A stretch of 64,000 nt of DNA from Lytechinus pictus (Eukaryota). The stretch is taken from positions 33,048,001 to 33,112,000 of the forward strand of contig NC_087245.1 of assembly GCF_037042905.1 (NCBI RefSeq), given 5' to 3'. Shown one piece after another: positions 13,790 to 26,133 of this stretch (position 1 is its first letter; the number at the start of each line of letters is the position of its first letter). Both the position numbers and the translations under genes were made by a program. The notes under the pieces are model-generated. The model saw only the letters and a list, made by a program, of their open reading frames with translations. It did not search any database and was not told where the DNA came from.

Positions 13790-15960
13790 CTTGGAGATGT
13801 TAATAAGTATCCACGGAAGAGAGAGAAATATCCTCCAGCGAGTTTCACGCCAAGATATGTACTGTATGTCTACTCCAATCAGTGAATTTCTTCACTCCGA
13901 GATTGGATGAAGTATATAGAATGTGATGCTTTTCTTCTCAGAGAAAAATGAGTATTTCCAAGATAGGAGTGAAATAATGAATAATGGAGGAATAGTGAGT
14001 GGTTCAAAGGAGAGGGATCGTGTCCTCTGTTAATATCGACAACCATATAGAACACAACACTAAGCATTCATGTCGGTTAACTTTGTTGCTTTCTGCAAGT
14101 ACTGATAACATACACTGTTCGTGAAGCTAGTCGATGATGTAAAGCACTGAGATATAATTCAAGATGGTCGTTTCAGCGAGCATGACACTATCGCATGACA
14201 CCATTTTACAGCTCCAACAAATATCAAACCTGGCATGCTGAAAATTTATTTTTATAAAGCATACGAGTATGATAACGCCAACGAAAGAGTATATGTTGAC
14301 ACGCTCTGATTTCGCCAAGTCTAATTGAGTTGCTAAAAGGTTTCATTGACAGCTCTGAGATAGAGGGGAGGAGAATCTATTTCCTGGTGTTGTAACCTTA
14401 ACAAATGCAGAGTAAGGATGCGGCTACACACCTCCACTCTCTGATTAACTTGTTGATTGGGGGTGCAGCTCGAACAGTCGCTTCCCAACAAGCAAAACCT
14501 CAATACGGTTGGTTAAACACCATCCATAGAATCTAAGGACGAGCGGGTGCAAGCTCTTGCAACCAGATCGATAGCTACATGTAGGGACGCACTCCTCTTG
14601 CCCAGGGTTGCGGGCACGCAGCAACCGCAGCTGAAAGATAAGACGCCTAGATCTCCACCACCGGGCGCATCCAGCTCTAGTTCATCATCATCTCCAAGAA
14701 AGCCATCAACAGAAATATATTAATAGAGAGATATGCGATTGTCACTCCTCGACTTGCAGGCCCTCGACCTTTCAGATCCCACAGTGCACGTACACATGTG
14801 CACTGAACTGCAGAGATACATAATCGAACTGAAGAGATACATAATCGTGGACTTGACAATGTCTGATTGGTCTGGCAGATCAGACCCAGTGGCTCGACAT
14901 CCTCCATAGTGCATTTCATCGGAGGTCAACAAGATATCAACAGATTGCAAAATATAAAGTTTGATCACTCTCCAAAATAGCATCACTTTGAACCATATAT
15001 ACGAGAATGAAAAATGAAACACTTGGAAACTATTTTTAGGTAATTTATGTACGACATAGAAAAGGAACTACATGTACACCTCCATTATCATTATTTCTTT
15101 ACTCCACAAATACAAGTAATCCCATTTGGCCAGAGTGTTTACAATTATTATGTTTACCTTTGCATGCAAATATCATGGGGAAAAGAACAAAGAAATATAT
15201 ATTAAGTGTGATATAGTTACGTTATCATAACACAATTGCTCGATCTGATCTGAAAGCTTATGTGCTTCCACTTCAAAGGGCAGAAAATATATCCGGAAAT
15301 CAATTCAGACTTTTGGACTTGAACGCTAGCGCGAGGCAATCACTAAAAGGTTACTTAGGGCTGATACTTCAGCTGATCAGCTGACTTGAAGGTGTAGTTT
15401 AAAATTTCAGACCCATTTCAATCACATGGACAACAATTTACAGGTAACAATCTCGGTCTGCCTAGAAGCGTAGACTACACATGGTTTGGTATCAATTAGG
15501 TCTTCAAATTGATAGAGCACTTACTCACTTAGCATGTTATTGATATTAAGTGCTATTAAGATACTGCAGGTGGCTAGTATTCGAAGGTGTTACAATATTC
15601 CTTTCCACACTTTTACTGTTTCTGCATTAAAGGGGTGATCTGATCTGGGCATCTGAGATTGATACACAAATTAAAAAGGTATTATTTCTTTATAAAAAGT
15701 CTGAACTATGACATGTGCTGTATTTATTATCGTTCATATGGATAAAAATATATATATAAGATCCCCTTCCCCTTAGCCCCACCTAGTTCCTGGGTTAAGG
15801 AAAATATGTGCAGTGTGAAAACATATATGATTACTGGATGCTTTAACACCTCACAGCCAGAAAAAAAACAATAGTGTGTTCCCATAGTCCCAGAAGGGTG
15901 TAAATATACTTTAACAGAACTCATTATAAAATGAATGATGCCAGTGAGTATTTAACATAC

Positions 15961-16152
15961 CCAAACCATGTTATGTAATAATAAAGATTCGGGGAGATTC
16001 AATCTTTTGGACACATCGCCCTGTTTTGAAAAGTGATGTGTTATGAGCATGTCATCTCTACAATGTGGCTGGGGCAACGCTGTGGACGTCAGCACAGTCG
16101 TTAGCATGCAAGGCACTATAAATGCAAGGTCCAACCATGTGAGCACGTACAT
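15961..16152 (-). CDS. Candidate exon encoding a 64-aa hydrophobic N-terminus MYVLTWLDLAFIVPCMLTTVLTSTALPQ...HNMVW
   Basis: Acceptor tctgcag at 16154-16155, ATG 1 nt into the exon, open frame of exactly 64 codons to donor GG|GTATGT (phase 0). Confidence 0.4.
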
Positions 16153-18269
16153 TCTGCAGATAATTAACAGAAATACAATTTAGTCACAAGAAAGCCCACT
16201 CTCCTTTATAGCTTGCCATCCAGACAGAGTTTGGATATGTTCCATCATGGATGTCTTGTTTTTCTACATGTATGTAGGTGCTCTTGTGCCATTTCTAGGT
16301 AGGTACATACAAACCCATGAATAGTGTAAGTTTGGACCAGTGAGGACAGCCACTTGCTGAAATAGAGTACAATTAATGGCTCTAGATCATTTCTGTTTAC
16401 GTGGACAGGGTCCTACATGTAATTCTTGCTCACCCCCAATAGATTTGGCTCTTTACCACATTTCTGTCAATGTGATCAGGGTTCTATTTCTTTAGTGCTT
16501 ACCCCCATTTTCAATAGAGTATTGGCTCTATTCTGCATTATTTATGTCAATATGAACAGGGTTTTCTATTTCTCTTGCACTTACCCTCATTTTCAATGGA
16601 ATAATGGCTCTCCACCACATTTAGATCTGATAATGTAAACAGGATTTTCTATAATGACACACAACACACAGGCTTCTTCAGGAATAAACTGATACAGACG
16701 TCCATGCGCAACAACACGAAAGTTTGCGATAATGAAGGACAAAATTTTGCTATTTTTTTAATATAAAGTGAACAGACTTCTTTTGTTTGAAGAAAATATT
16801 AGATAGACAGGCACCATCACATATTGTGCTACCAGACAAATAAACATGAATAGCTATTTCCACACCATGGAAGGTTTGCATTCGTTGCCATGGAGACAAA
16901 GCAATGGACAATGAAATCTGACTACAGTTCCACAATTTAATGAAGAGTCCACTTGCTGAAATGGCATGCCTTTTCAAAATACAACAAAAGTGATCAAATA
17001 TGCAATTGAAATTTATTTAGGCTTTTGCACTTGCACCAGGTTTTTATTTGCACAGGTTAGCATAAACACAATACAGCTTATATAATCATCAAATACTGAA
17101 ATTCGTAAAAAATTTTCTTTTCTGAGTTCGCCCCAAGATCTGCCACACACAACATTCAAGAAAATTTACAGGAAAAGGATGGATAATTGGGTATCTTCCC
17201 ACATTAATAATGCGAGCGTGAAGCGTGGGCAGAATTTTTTTTTTATTCTGATCTGAAACTCTATAATTTAAGCACGTTTTAGATAAGAATAAGCTACGTA
17301 GCTCAATAAATATGGGCATGGTGATCTTTGAACTATCACTAAGCTGTTACTCTGTAGAAAAGTCGGGAACAAACTGTTTTCTGCCAGATCGAAATCCGGC
17401 TACTAGTATGTCTTTGTCTTATGGCCTACATGAGCGCATATGGTAATTCTCCTATGCAGAGCTACATGTACTTGGCTGTTGATGGCATGCAGGAAACCCA
17501 TATGCAGGAGAATGTCTTTGATGAATGCACAGGTGTGGTAGCGTACATGTGAACCGACAGAATGCGGTGCGACTGCGAGTAGGCCTATGGGGTCGGGCCG
17601 GCCGTTACTAGGCAGTAAATTAAACATGGGTGTAATACCTCCAATCTTACTTTTCTTTTTGTTTTTAAGCTTTTCAAGTTAAAAAAGACACATTTTTTTC
17701 TGCAGGTTGTCCCAAAATAAGCGGGGCGGGGCTGGCTCACCCCCCCCCCTAGTCTAGTTCTAGACGATATTAAACGAATCTATTTGCACCGATATATACG
17801 TTCTATTCCGTGCGTACGCCCAGCCGAGTGTGCGCGCAAAACCGAGAACATGTACTCCGAGAAAATATCGTCTAGAACAGTTGCTCAGCGGTGACGTCAG
17901 AGGTCAAAGGTCAACGGACGAGTGCTTCATAAATATGCATGAGTTACTTGTCAATCACCGCGCCGAACAACAGTGCAACCATGAAGCTATTACGTAATAG
18001 TTTTACGTTTTGCACATGTTATCAGCTGTGTGCATGCAATGTGCATAGCTTCATGCATTGTGCATGTGGGATTGATGTAATACACGGATATCAGTTCAGC
18101 TCGGCCAGAGTCAGGGAAGGATTTCTTGCTACCTATTAAAGTTAGTGCTAGCGGTACATGACAGGCCAATATTTTTTTTAATTTTTATGAAAATTTTCGT
18201 GTTTTCTCTTTCTTGCATGGTATTTGCAAGGGAGTAAAAAAAATATATGCATGGAAGAAATTGAAAAGA

Positions 18270-18578
18270 AACGAGTAGAGTAGGCCTATGTACGGAAAGG
18301 CAATGGAGGCTGAATATTAAAAGACAAGAGAGAAGGAAGATTAGTCGAAAGATGAAATAAAAAGGTAATACTGCATGAAGGAGGGAAATGCAAGGAGTGG
18401 ACATGCATATAAAAATAAAAGAGGGGGGATGAGGTCGAAGAGAAATTGAGAAGAAAAAGACTGGTGAAGAGGAAAAGGAGAAGAAAGTGAAAAAGAAAGA
18501 GAATTAGGTAACGAGTAGGGGAGAGAGAATTAAGAAAAAAATAAAAGTGTGGGAAAGGGGGGAAGGGCTGGAAGATAA
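18270..18578 (+). repeat. Purine-rich (GA) low-complexity tract
   Basis: Composition. Confidence 0.7.
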
Positions 18579-18919
18579 ACATTTTTTACACCAATACATC
18601 TTTGACGTTGTGCAGAATCCTGATAGGTGAAAAAATGGAGATAGATGTAAAAAAAAAAATCAAAAAAAATAACATGTTGGTGTTGTACTGTAAACATCCC
18701 TGTTCATTTTGTCATGGTAGCTTTGTAGGCCCTATATTCTCATGTAAACTGATTAATTGTAAACCTTTTTTGTTGAAATGCCGAATAAAATAATGATAAA
18801 GAAGAAGAAGAAAAGGATTGAAGAAGAAGAAAAAGAAGAAGGCGAAGAAGAAAAAAGAAGAGGAAGTAGAATATAACAAAAAAGCAGAAGAAAGGGAAAT
18901 AAAATGAGACCTCCATTAA

Positions 18920-19519
18920 AGGACAAGTCCATGCACCCCAACAAAAAGCTGATTTGAACAGAAAGAGAAAAATCAAACATGAATAACGCTGAAAGCTTCA
19001 TCAAAATCGGATGTAAAATAAGAAAGTTATGACATTTTAAAGTTCCGCTTATTTTTCACAAAATAGTTATATGCTCAACCCAGTGATATGCAAATGAGAG
19101 AGTCGATGATGTCACTCACTCACTATTTCTTTTGTTTTTTTTATTTTTGAATTATACAATTTTGCCTTTTTACGAATTTGGCAATTAGGACCCCCTTGCT
19201 TGAACCACAAAATGTTAAAATAATGGAATTCCATGTGTTCAGGGAGGAATTAAACTTCGTTTCACATGACAGTGACGAGAAAATCAAAATATTTCATGTA
19301 ATAAAATACAAAAGAAATAATGAGTGGGTGATGTCATCGGTTCCCTCATTTGCATACCGAACAGGGTGTGCATATAACTGTTTTGTGAAATTAAGCGAAA
19401 CTTTAAAATGTCATAACTTTCTTATTTTACATCCGATTTTGATGAAATTTTCAGCGTTATGCTTGTTTGATTTTTCTCTTTCTATTCAAATCAGCTTTTT
19501 GTTGGGGTGGACTTGTCCT
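18920..19519. mobile_element. Kolobok-type MITE (TTAA|AGGACAAGTCC...GGACTTGTCCT|TTAA) with ~220-bp inverted arms
   Basis: TTAA TSD, AG...CT termini, long inverted arms; relatives at 33250, 35604 and 50815. Confidence 0.88.
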
Positions 19520-20204
19520 TTAATGGAGGTCTCAGTTTATTTCCCTTTCTTCTGCTTTTTTGTTATCTTCTACTTCCTCTTCTTTTTTCTTCTTCTTTCT
19601 TCTTCTTCTTTATCATTATTTTATTCCGCATTTCAACAAAAAAAGTTTACAATTAAACAGTTTACATGAGAATATAGGGCCTATACAAGGCTACAATGAC
19701 AAAATGAACAGGGATGTTTACAGTACAAGTCCAAGTTGCCTGTGAAAGAAATTACTGGCGCAGGCTTTCCTCCCCGACCTGGACTTATAAGGTAACATAC
19801 ACAAGAATAAAACATATATATAAACTTTATATCAAACAATAATAATCTTAAACAATAGTATTTTTATTCTTAGTAGGAGAGGGGCCTGTTGCTACAGAAT
19901 AAATGAATAATAAATCAAAGTGTGTCCACTGACATTTTCAAAACGAGAATAAATATGATATAAACAACTGATCAACTGAAAAAGCAGATGCACATATATT
20001 AAATACAGTTTAAGTGGGGATGGGCATAATCCAAACCATAAATGCCCCCCACCCTAGCGAAAAAAAAACACAAGAGATAAATTTACCGCATGATGGACAT
20101 TTTTGTTCCACAACAGTATTGTAAATAATTAATTCACTACATCATACATTAAAAATAGTGGTAGTATATTAATATTTTGGCTTCATAACTTTAATATAAA
20201 TTTA

Positions 20205-20450
20205 ATTTGATTAGATTTGATTAGATTAGATTTATTTCCGTTTCACAATTGTACATGATAAACATAACATAACAAGGTCGAAAATACTGCAAGACAACAT
20301 ATAATATATATCTAACATAATTATAGATTTAAGTAACACAATTCAGTAAATAAAGTTATTTCAAATGACATTTGTATTTAAAAGTAAAACGGAGGGACTT
20401 GCCGAAAAAAGCAAAGCTTGTACAAGAGGCAAGCCCCTATCTTAGTTACA
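20205..20450 (-). mobile_element. LINE (CR1/L2-group) 3' end remnant
   Basis: Minus strand ends AATAAA-(TCTAA)n; a stem-loop segment GGGCTTGCC...GGCAAGTCCC lies upstream. Confidence 0.5.
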
Positions 20451-20652
20451 TTACAAAATTACAACAAATAGATATTGAGTCGTAATAATAATTTTGTTTA
20501 AAAATAGATACAAACAATTTTTGTGCACTTGACAAAAACGTAACTGATGGATCATGTGAGCAAAAATTACGTTTTATAATATTAGAAGAGAGGGGGAAGT
20601 TAGGGGGAGGAGACAGGAGGGACAGAGGTGTGCAGTACACTATAAACGCATA

Positions 20653-21084
20653 CCGCATACATTCGTAATTCCGAAGCTACGTTATTCCGAAGGTTCGGAT
20701 ATTCCGAAGGTTCGTTAATCTAAAAACGAAATAAGGTTCGTAATTCCGAAGGTTCGTTAATCCGAAAATGAAAGGTTCGTAATTCCGAAGGTTCGCTAGT
20801 CCGAAAACGAAATAATTAACGAACCTTATTTCGTTTTCCGACTAACGAACCTTCGGAACAACTAACCTTATTTCGTTTTCGGATTAACGAACCTAGTGAA
20901 CAGCGAACCTTATTCCGTTTTCGGATTATCCAACCTTCGGAAAAACGAACATTCGGAATAACGCCACAAATGTTCGGATTAACGAACCCTTTTACGTTTT
21001 CGGATTAACGAACATCGAGGTATAGGCAATTTGGAATTACGAACCTTCGGAATAAAGAACCTTCGGAATTACGAAGCGTAACCC
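20653..21084. mobile_element. Foldback-type MITE built of TTCGTAATTCCGAAGG subrepeats
   Basis: Left half has repeated TTCCGAAGGTTCG and right half the reverse complement CGAACCTTCGGAA; terminal IR TTCGTAATTCCGAAG / CTTCGGAATTACGAA. Confidence 0.85.
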
Positions 21085-21680
21085 TAAGTAGAATGAATAA
21101 GATAGAAGGCGGGCAGCAGGAACAGGTACTTTGGCTAATTGCAATTTTAAGAATAAAAAAATATAAAAGAAATAATTTACATGACTATATGTATTATGAT
21201 AAATTTATTTTATTTCAATCACTAAGAAAAAATAAAAAATAAAACGGTAAAAAAAAACACATGCCTACCATCCCTTATACCAACCATTTTAATTAGTAAA
21301 ATAAAAATCATTAACCATTTTAATCACTAAAAATATAAATCTAAGAAAACAAACATCTGCCTACCCTCCCCCTTTACCATTTTAATCACTAAATAAAAAT
21401 AAATTAGAAAACAAATAAACAACGTAGAAGCCCCGCCTCATCCTTTTATCATTCTAATCACAAAATGAAAAGTAAGATAAAAAACAACAAAGAATAAAGC
21501 AATGCTATTATTGAATCCAATCTCTATAAGAATGAGATTTTTTTTAAATACGGAATTAACAAGCCATGTTTCTCCCCTTTTATCATTATTCACTAAGAAT
21601 AAAAAATATAATAAATAAAAAGAGCCCCCCCCCCTTATCATTTCAATCACTATGAATAATTTATTCAATAAGAAATGAAA

Positions 21681-22825
21681 TAAAAACAAACAACAATGAA
21701 GCCCCCTTTATAATTTGAATCAATAAGATCATAATTTAAATAAAAGCAAACAACAATGAAGCCCCCTTTATAATTTGAATCAATAAGATCATAATTTAAA
21801 CAAGTGGAATGCCTCTGGCCGTCTCACCTGCATCACGCGATTCAATATAGCAGCAGTGCTGAGTTTGAAAACTACTATAACTCGCACAAGATGTTCAGTG
21901 ATACTTGGTTACTCTTATTTCCACGTTTTATGAACTAGACCAATACACTCATAGAGATATGATGGCAATTCAACAAATACCCCCAACGTGGCCAAAGTTC
22001 TTTGACCTTACATGATCTTTGACCTTGATCATGTGACCTGAAACTCGCACAGGATGTTTAGTGATACTCGATTACTATTATGTCCAAGTTTTATGAACTA
22101 GACCAACACACTTTCAAATTTATGGCTGTAATTCAACAAATACCCCAATTTGGCCAAAGTTCATTGACCCTAAATGACCTTTGACCTTGATCATGTGACC
22201 TGAAACTTGCACAGGATGTTCAGTAATACTTGATTACTATTATGTCCAAGTTTCATGAATCAGATCCATAAACTTTCAAAGTTATGATGGTAATTCAACA
22301 GATACCCCCAATTCGGCCAAAGTTCATTGACCCTAAATTACCTTTGACCTTGGTCATGTGATGTGAAACTCAAGCAGGATGTTCAGTGATACTTGATTAA
22401 CCTTATGTATAAGTTTCATGAACTAGGTCCATATATTTTCTAAGTTATGATGACATTTCAAAAACTTAACCTTAGGTTAAGATTTTGATGTTGATTCCCC
22501 CAACATGGTCTAAGTTCATTGACCCTAAATGACCTTTGACCTTGGTCATGTGACATGAAACTCAGGCAGGATGTTCAGTAATACTTGATTAACCTTATGG
22601 CCAAGTTTCATGAACTAGGTCCATATACTTTCTAAGTTATGCTGTCATTTCAAAAACTTAACCTCAGGTTAAGATTTGGTGTTGACGCCGCCGTCGCCGT
22701 CGCCGTCGGAAAAGCGGCGCCTATAGTCTCACTCTGCTATGCAGGTGAGACAATAAAAACAAACAACAATGAAGCCCCCTTTATAATTTGAATCAATAAG
22801 ATCATAATTTAAATAAAAGCAAACA
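21681..22825 (+). repeat. 60-bp tandem repeat x3, split by a HINE insertion
   Basis: Units at 21681-21740, 21741-21800 and 22754-22813. Confidence 0.85.
21799..22753 (-). mobile_element. Helentron-derived HINE/pearl-like element, full length
   Basis: Minus strand reads: subTIR GTCTCACCTGCAT with adjacent IR GTGAGAC, (GACGGC) microsatellite, 160-190 bp tandem core, 3' subTIR ATGCAGGTGAGAC, short hairpin, CTTGTT end. Inserted in a T-run. Confidence 0.85.
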
Positions 22826-23059
22826 ATTAATAAGCTCATCCACCCCTTTATTTAAATTAAAACAAAGAAGACCCCTCCATCGATCGTCGCACTTCATAAA
22901 AAATAAAACAATAGTATCGATAATGAGCGCGCGCGCGTGTTTTGCCAGCTGTCCGGAAATTAAAAGGTATATACTGTCCGAATACTGAAAAAGGGCGGAA
23001 GGGGTACGAAACGAGCGCTGTTACGCTCGACTCCGACGTCGGCAGGCCATGAAATGAAC

Positions 23060-24030
23060 ATTGATTGATTGATTGATTTTATTCGTCAAGAATATCACAG
23101 GAGATTACAATAAAATTGAGGAAATACCTTGACAGGATAGCCCATGAAAGCCGAAAGGCTTATTTCCAATGGGGTCCTATAGTTAGTATAAAACATTAAC
23201 ATATTGTAACAAAAAATATAAACTACGACAAGTACTGGAATATTGGGGAAAAAAAAAAATAAAATACATACAAAAATATCCATCAGTCATATAATTTGCA
23301 AACATCTGAAGCAAACAATAATCTTCCTAATATGTGAAACAAGATTATATTTTAACATACCCTAATGTATACATTATCTACAATACTAGAAACCAACTGT
23401 ACAAATGTGTTATTTTACTGGTAATGCTGTTCTTGGGCAGCTTCAAGTTTTAGGTGATTTTTTAATGCACTCTTAAATTGACAAAAGAATTTAACGGCTT
23501 TTATTTTTCAGGAAGAGCATTCCAAGATTGGATGCCATTAAAATAAAAAGTGTTTCCAATATGTCCTTCACGTTTTGGTAATACGAAATTAAAATTACTA
23601 TTTCAAGTATCGTACCTATGGATATTTGATACATGGGTGGAATTATTTGCTATATAATGATCTAATTTATCCGAATAGAATATTTTATGCACGTGGTGTA
23701 TTTACTAATTGTTGTGACCTGTGATCTACATAAAGCAATCCTGCCTTTTCAAGTTTATTATATCCGACATGTGCTCTTGGTCCTAAAACATTTATATATC
23801 TCACAATTTTATTTTGAATTATTCTTAGCTTTTTCATATCCGTATTAACACCCAGACTACCGTACCAAGCCGCATTAGCATAGTCGAATAAACATTGTAT
23901 TAACGCAAAGCATAAAATACGTCTAGACTTCATATTCAAACAGGTTTGATATCTATACAAAAATTTCAAGCGTGAATTAGCCTTTTTGGCGATTGAGTCT
24001 ACCAAACCCGTCCATGAAATCAATGCAAGA
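23060..24030 (-). mobile_element. 5'-truncated non-LTR retrotransposon (CR1/L2 group): degenerate RT C-terminus, 3' UTR and (ATCA)n tail
   Basis: Translation VDSIAKKANSRLKFLYR...ALIQCLFDYANAAWY...KLRIIQNKIVRYI is the typical post-RT region; AATAAAATCAATCAATCAAT tail at 23060-23083. Confidence 0.88.
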
Positions 24031-24634
24031 ATATTCTTTAGCACTTGGCAAGCATGGACCTGGGAAGCGGGGTGCTGGGGTACTAAAGCATCCCCAGAAA
24101 TTTTCCTGGGGGTGCTGCGTGTATTATTTTCCATAGGCAGCACCCCCACGAAAATCAGGTTCCTCCCTGTATATTTTTAAATATGTTATAATGTACATAA
24201 TTATCACATCCGACAATCGCAAATCGTTTTCATAGTCTTTTACATATTCCAATAACATCCCCCCTTCAGAATTTTCCTTTCCAGTACTTAAAATAGTGTT
24301 AAAATTCACCCCTTTTTCAGATCGGAATATCAAATATTTTCTCCTCGCGTTTCGCGCTCGCATTAGTGATTTTTATAATAAAAAAAGTGTATTTAGAATG
24401 CCCAGATATTAGGTCTAACTCTAAACACGCGCACGCATGTTTATTCAGATACACAGCTTGTTTTGGAGGTACTTCGGGCTGAAAATATGTATATTAAATA
24501 CATTTTTTCGAATTAAATACATTTTATGAAAATCTGATAACAAATAGTTAAGTTATTTAATTCTAAAGTTTAGCAATATTTTATGAAAATGGTGATATGC
24601 ATGTCGTCATTGATATATTTAATAGGTGGGTTGA

Positions 24635-24959
24635 CATGGGCGGAAATCTGTCCTCAAATGTAGGGGTACCGCGGGCCTGTAAAATTTGACAAACAAAAAA
24701 AAGGTTATCACCCTAAATGTAAGGACATTTTAACCCTAACAAAATTTGACAACCTCGATCCCCCCCCCCCCCACAAAAAAGGGTTTTCACCCAAAGTATA
24801 AGGTCATTTAGTCCAAAATACATGTATTATTTCTATTGTGAAGTGATGTATTTTTCTCCATGAAAGACCAAAATAGTAGGGGGACATTTGATATTGTGTC
24901 CCCCTACTATTTTTCAAGGGGGACACGTCCCCCTGTCCCCTCTGGGATTTCCGCCCATG
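24635..24959. mobile_element. hAT-type MITE inside a decayed Kolobok-type MITE (~24480-25150)
   Basis: TIR CATGGGCGGAAATC / GATTTCCGCCCATG; perfect 8-bp TSD TGGGTTGA. Confidence 0.92.
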
Positions 24960-26133
24960 TGGGTTGAAGATTTCACATCCCCACTATCCTGTTTCTTGTG
25001 TTATTACATGGAATCAGAATTGTTTCATTTTTTCATACAAGTGTGAATGATATGTCTCCCTTCTAATGAAATAAGATGCAGCAAAGAATATCTAATGGAC
25101 TAAATCAGTTGTCAATTCAACTGTTTTTTGTTCTTGAAGTGAAAATAATGAATAAACCTAATTCTATATAATAAATTCAGTTTCTTGCGTGTTTACCAAA
25201 TCAGCTAGTGCATACAAATTGAGGTCTAGATCACTTATCTTCGTTTGTTTTTTCATATATGGTGTGATGGCGACGGGAAATGAACGTCATGCTGTCAGAG
25301 ATTCCATCATGCATATGTCTAAACAGTTGGAAATAACGACTTTGAAGATCGCAAGAAAATGAATTTGAAAACCGCGCGCTGTATACAATACACAATACAA
25401 CCAGGGAATTGGGAGTCTCCCTGATACAACAGCACGGTACTGTACACAAGTCTATGGCTTATGTTGTGCTGCTTTGTGCGATCCGATTGATTATGTATGC
25501 CATACGATAGTCTACGCTTATAACCAATGTTGTAGGTATCAGGGGAAACATATACGATACGATTCATTTTTTATGTTTTTGTGTGTTTAATTTGATTTCT
25601 TTTATCAATTATTTATAACAAAAAGTCCCTTTTTAGGTAATTGATATTCATTTCATCGGTAGATCACATCATATTTCTCAACCCAGTAATCTTCCCTGCT
25701 GTTAACAAAGACTAGTGGCTGAACGGGAGGCGTGTCCACTTTTAACGACTTTCCCTCAAAAATCTGAGGGAGTGACGTCACCGCTGAGCAACTGTTCTAG
25801 ACGATATTTTCTCGGAGTACAGGTTCTCGGTTTTGCGCGCACACTCGGCTGGGCGTACGCACGGAATAGAACGTATATATCGGTGCAAATAGATTCGTTT
25901 AATATCGTCTAGAACTAGACTACCCCCCCCCCCTGGATCCGTACCTGATTAAAATTGCAAACTTTTATAATTTCTTTTTTCAACTCATTTCAAACATAAT
26001 CAGTTTCAGACAATATTTTAAATGGTGAACAATTAGCTGCATCTGGAACTCTATAAAAGAGTGGTATCTACATGTAGATAAAAGTTGGGTGACCTAAAAT
26101 ATGAACTATGAAGAGAATGAGTTAGCACACTAG

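Larger units (their letters stand above)
17750..25922. mobile_element. 8.17-kb non-autonomous DNA transposon with 150-bp TIRs (TAG...CTA; AcademH-like or MULE-like)
   Basis: 17750-17899 and 25773-25922 are inverted repeats with one mismatch. Both outer flanks are C-runs, compatible with a 9-10 bp TSD. Removing the element rejoins a typical MITE end (...CCCCCTGGATCCGTACCTG). Confidence 0.85.

Noticed and set aside
19178..19669. 163-aa ORF with mirrored ORFs at 18740-19004
   Set aside because: Translation of MITE arms and the palindrome.
21880..22640. Regularly spaced repeats resembling a CRISPR array (also 33.7-34.6 kb, 38.5-39.3 kb, 20.65-21.08 kb)
   Set aside because: Whole units repeat with no unique spacers, no cas genes are present, and the context is eukaryotic transposon DNA.
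23685..24149. 154-aa ORF as a host gene
   Set aside because: It is a chimera of a GC-rich MITE and a dead LINE RT C-terminus.
25231..25567. Cys-containing ORFs near the right TIR as transposase or helicase remnants
   Set aside because: No recognisable catalytic or helicase motif; a tblastx against Academ and MULE proteins would be needed.
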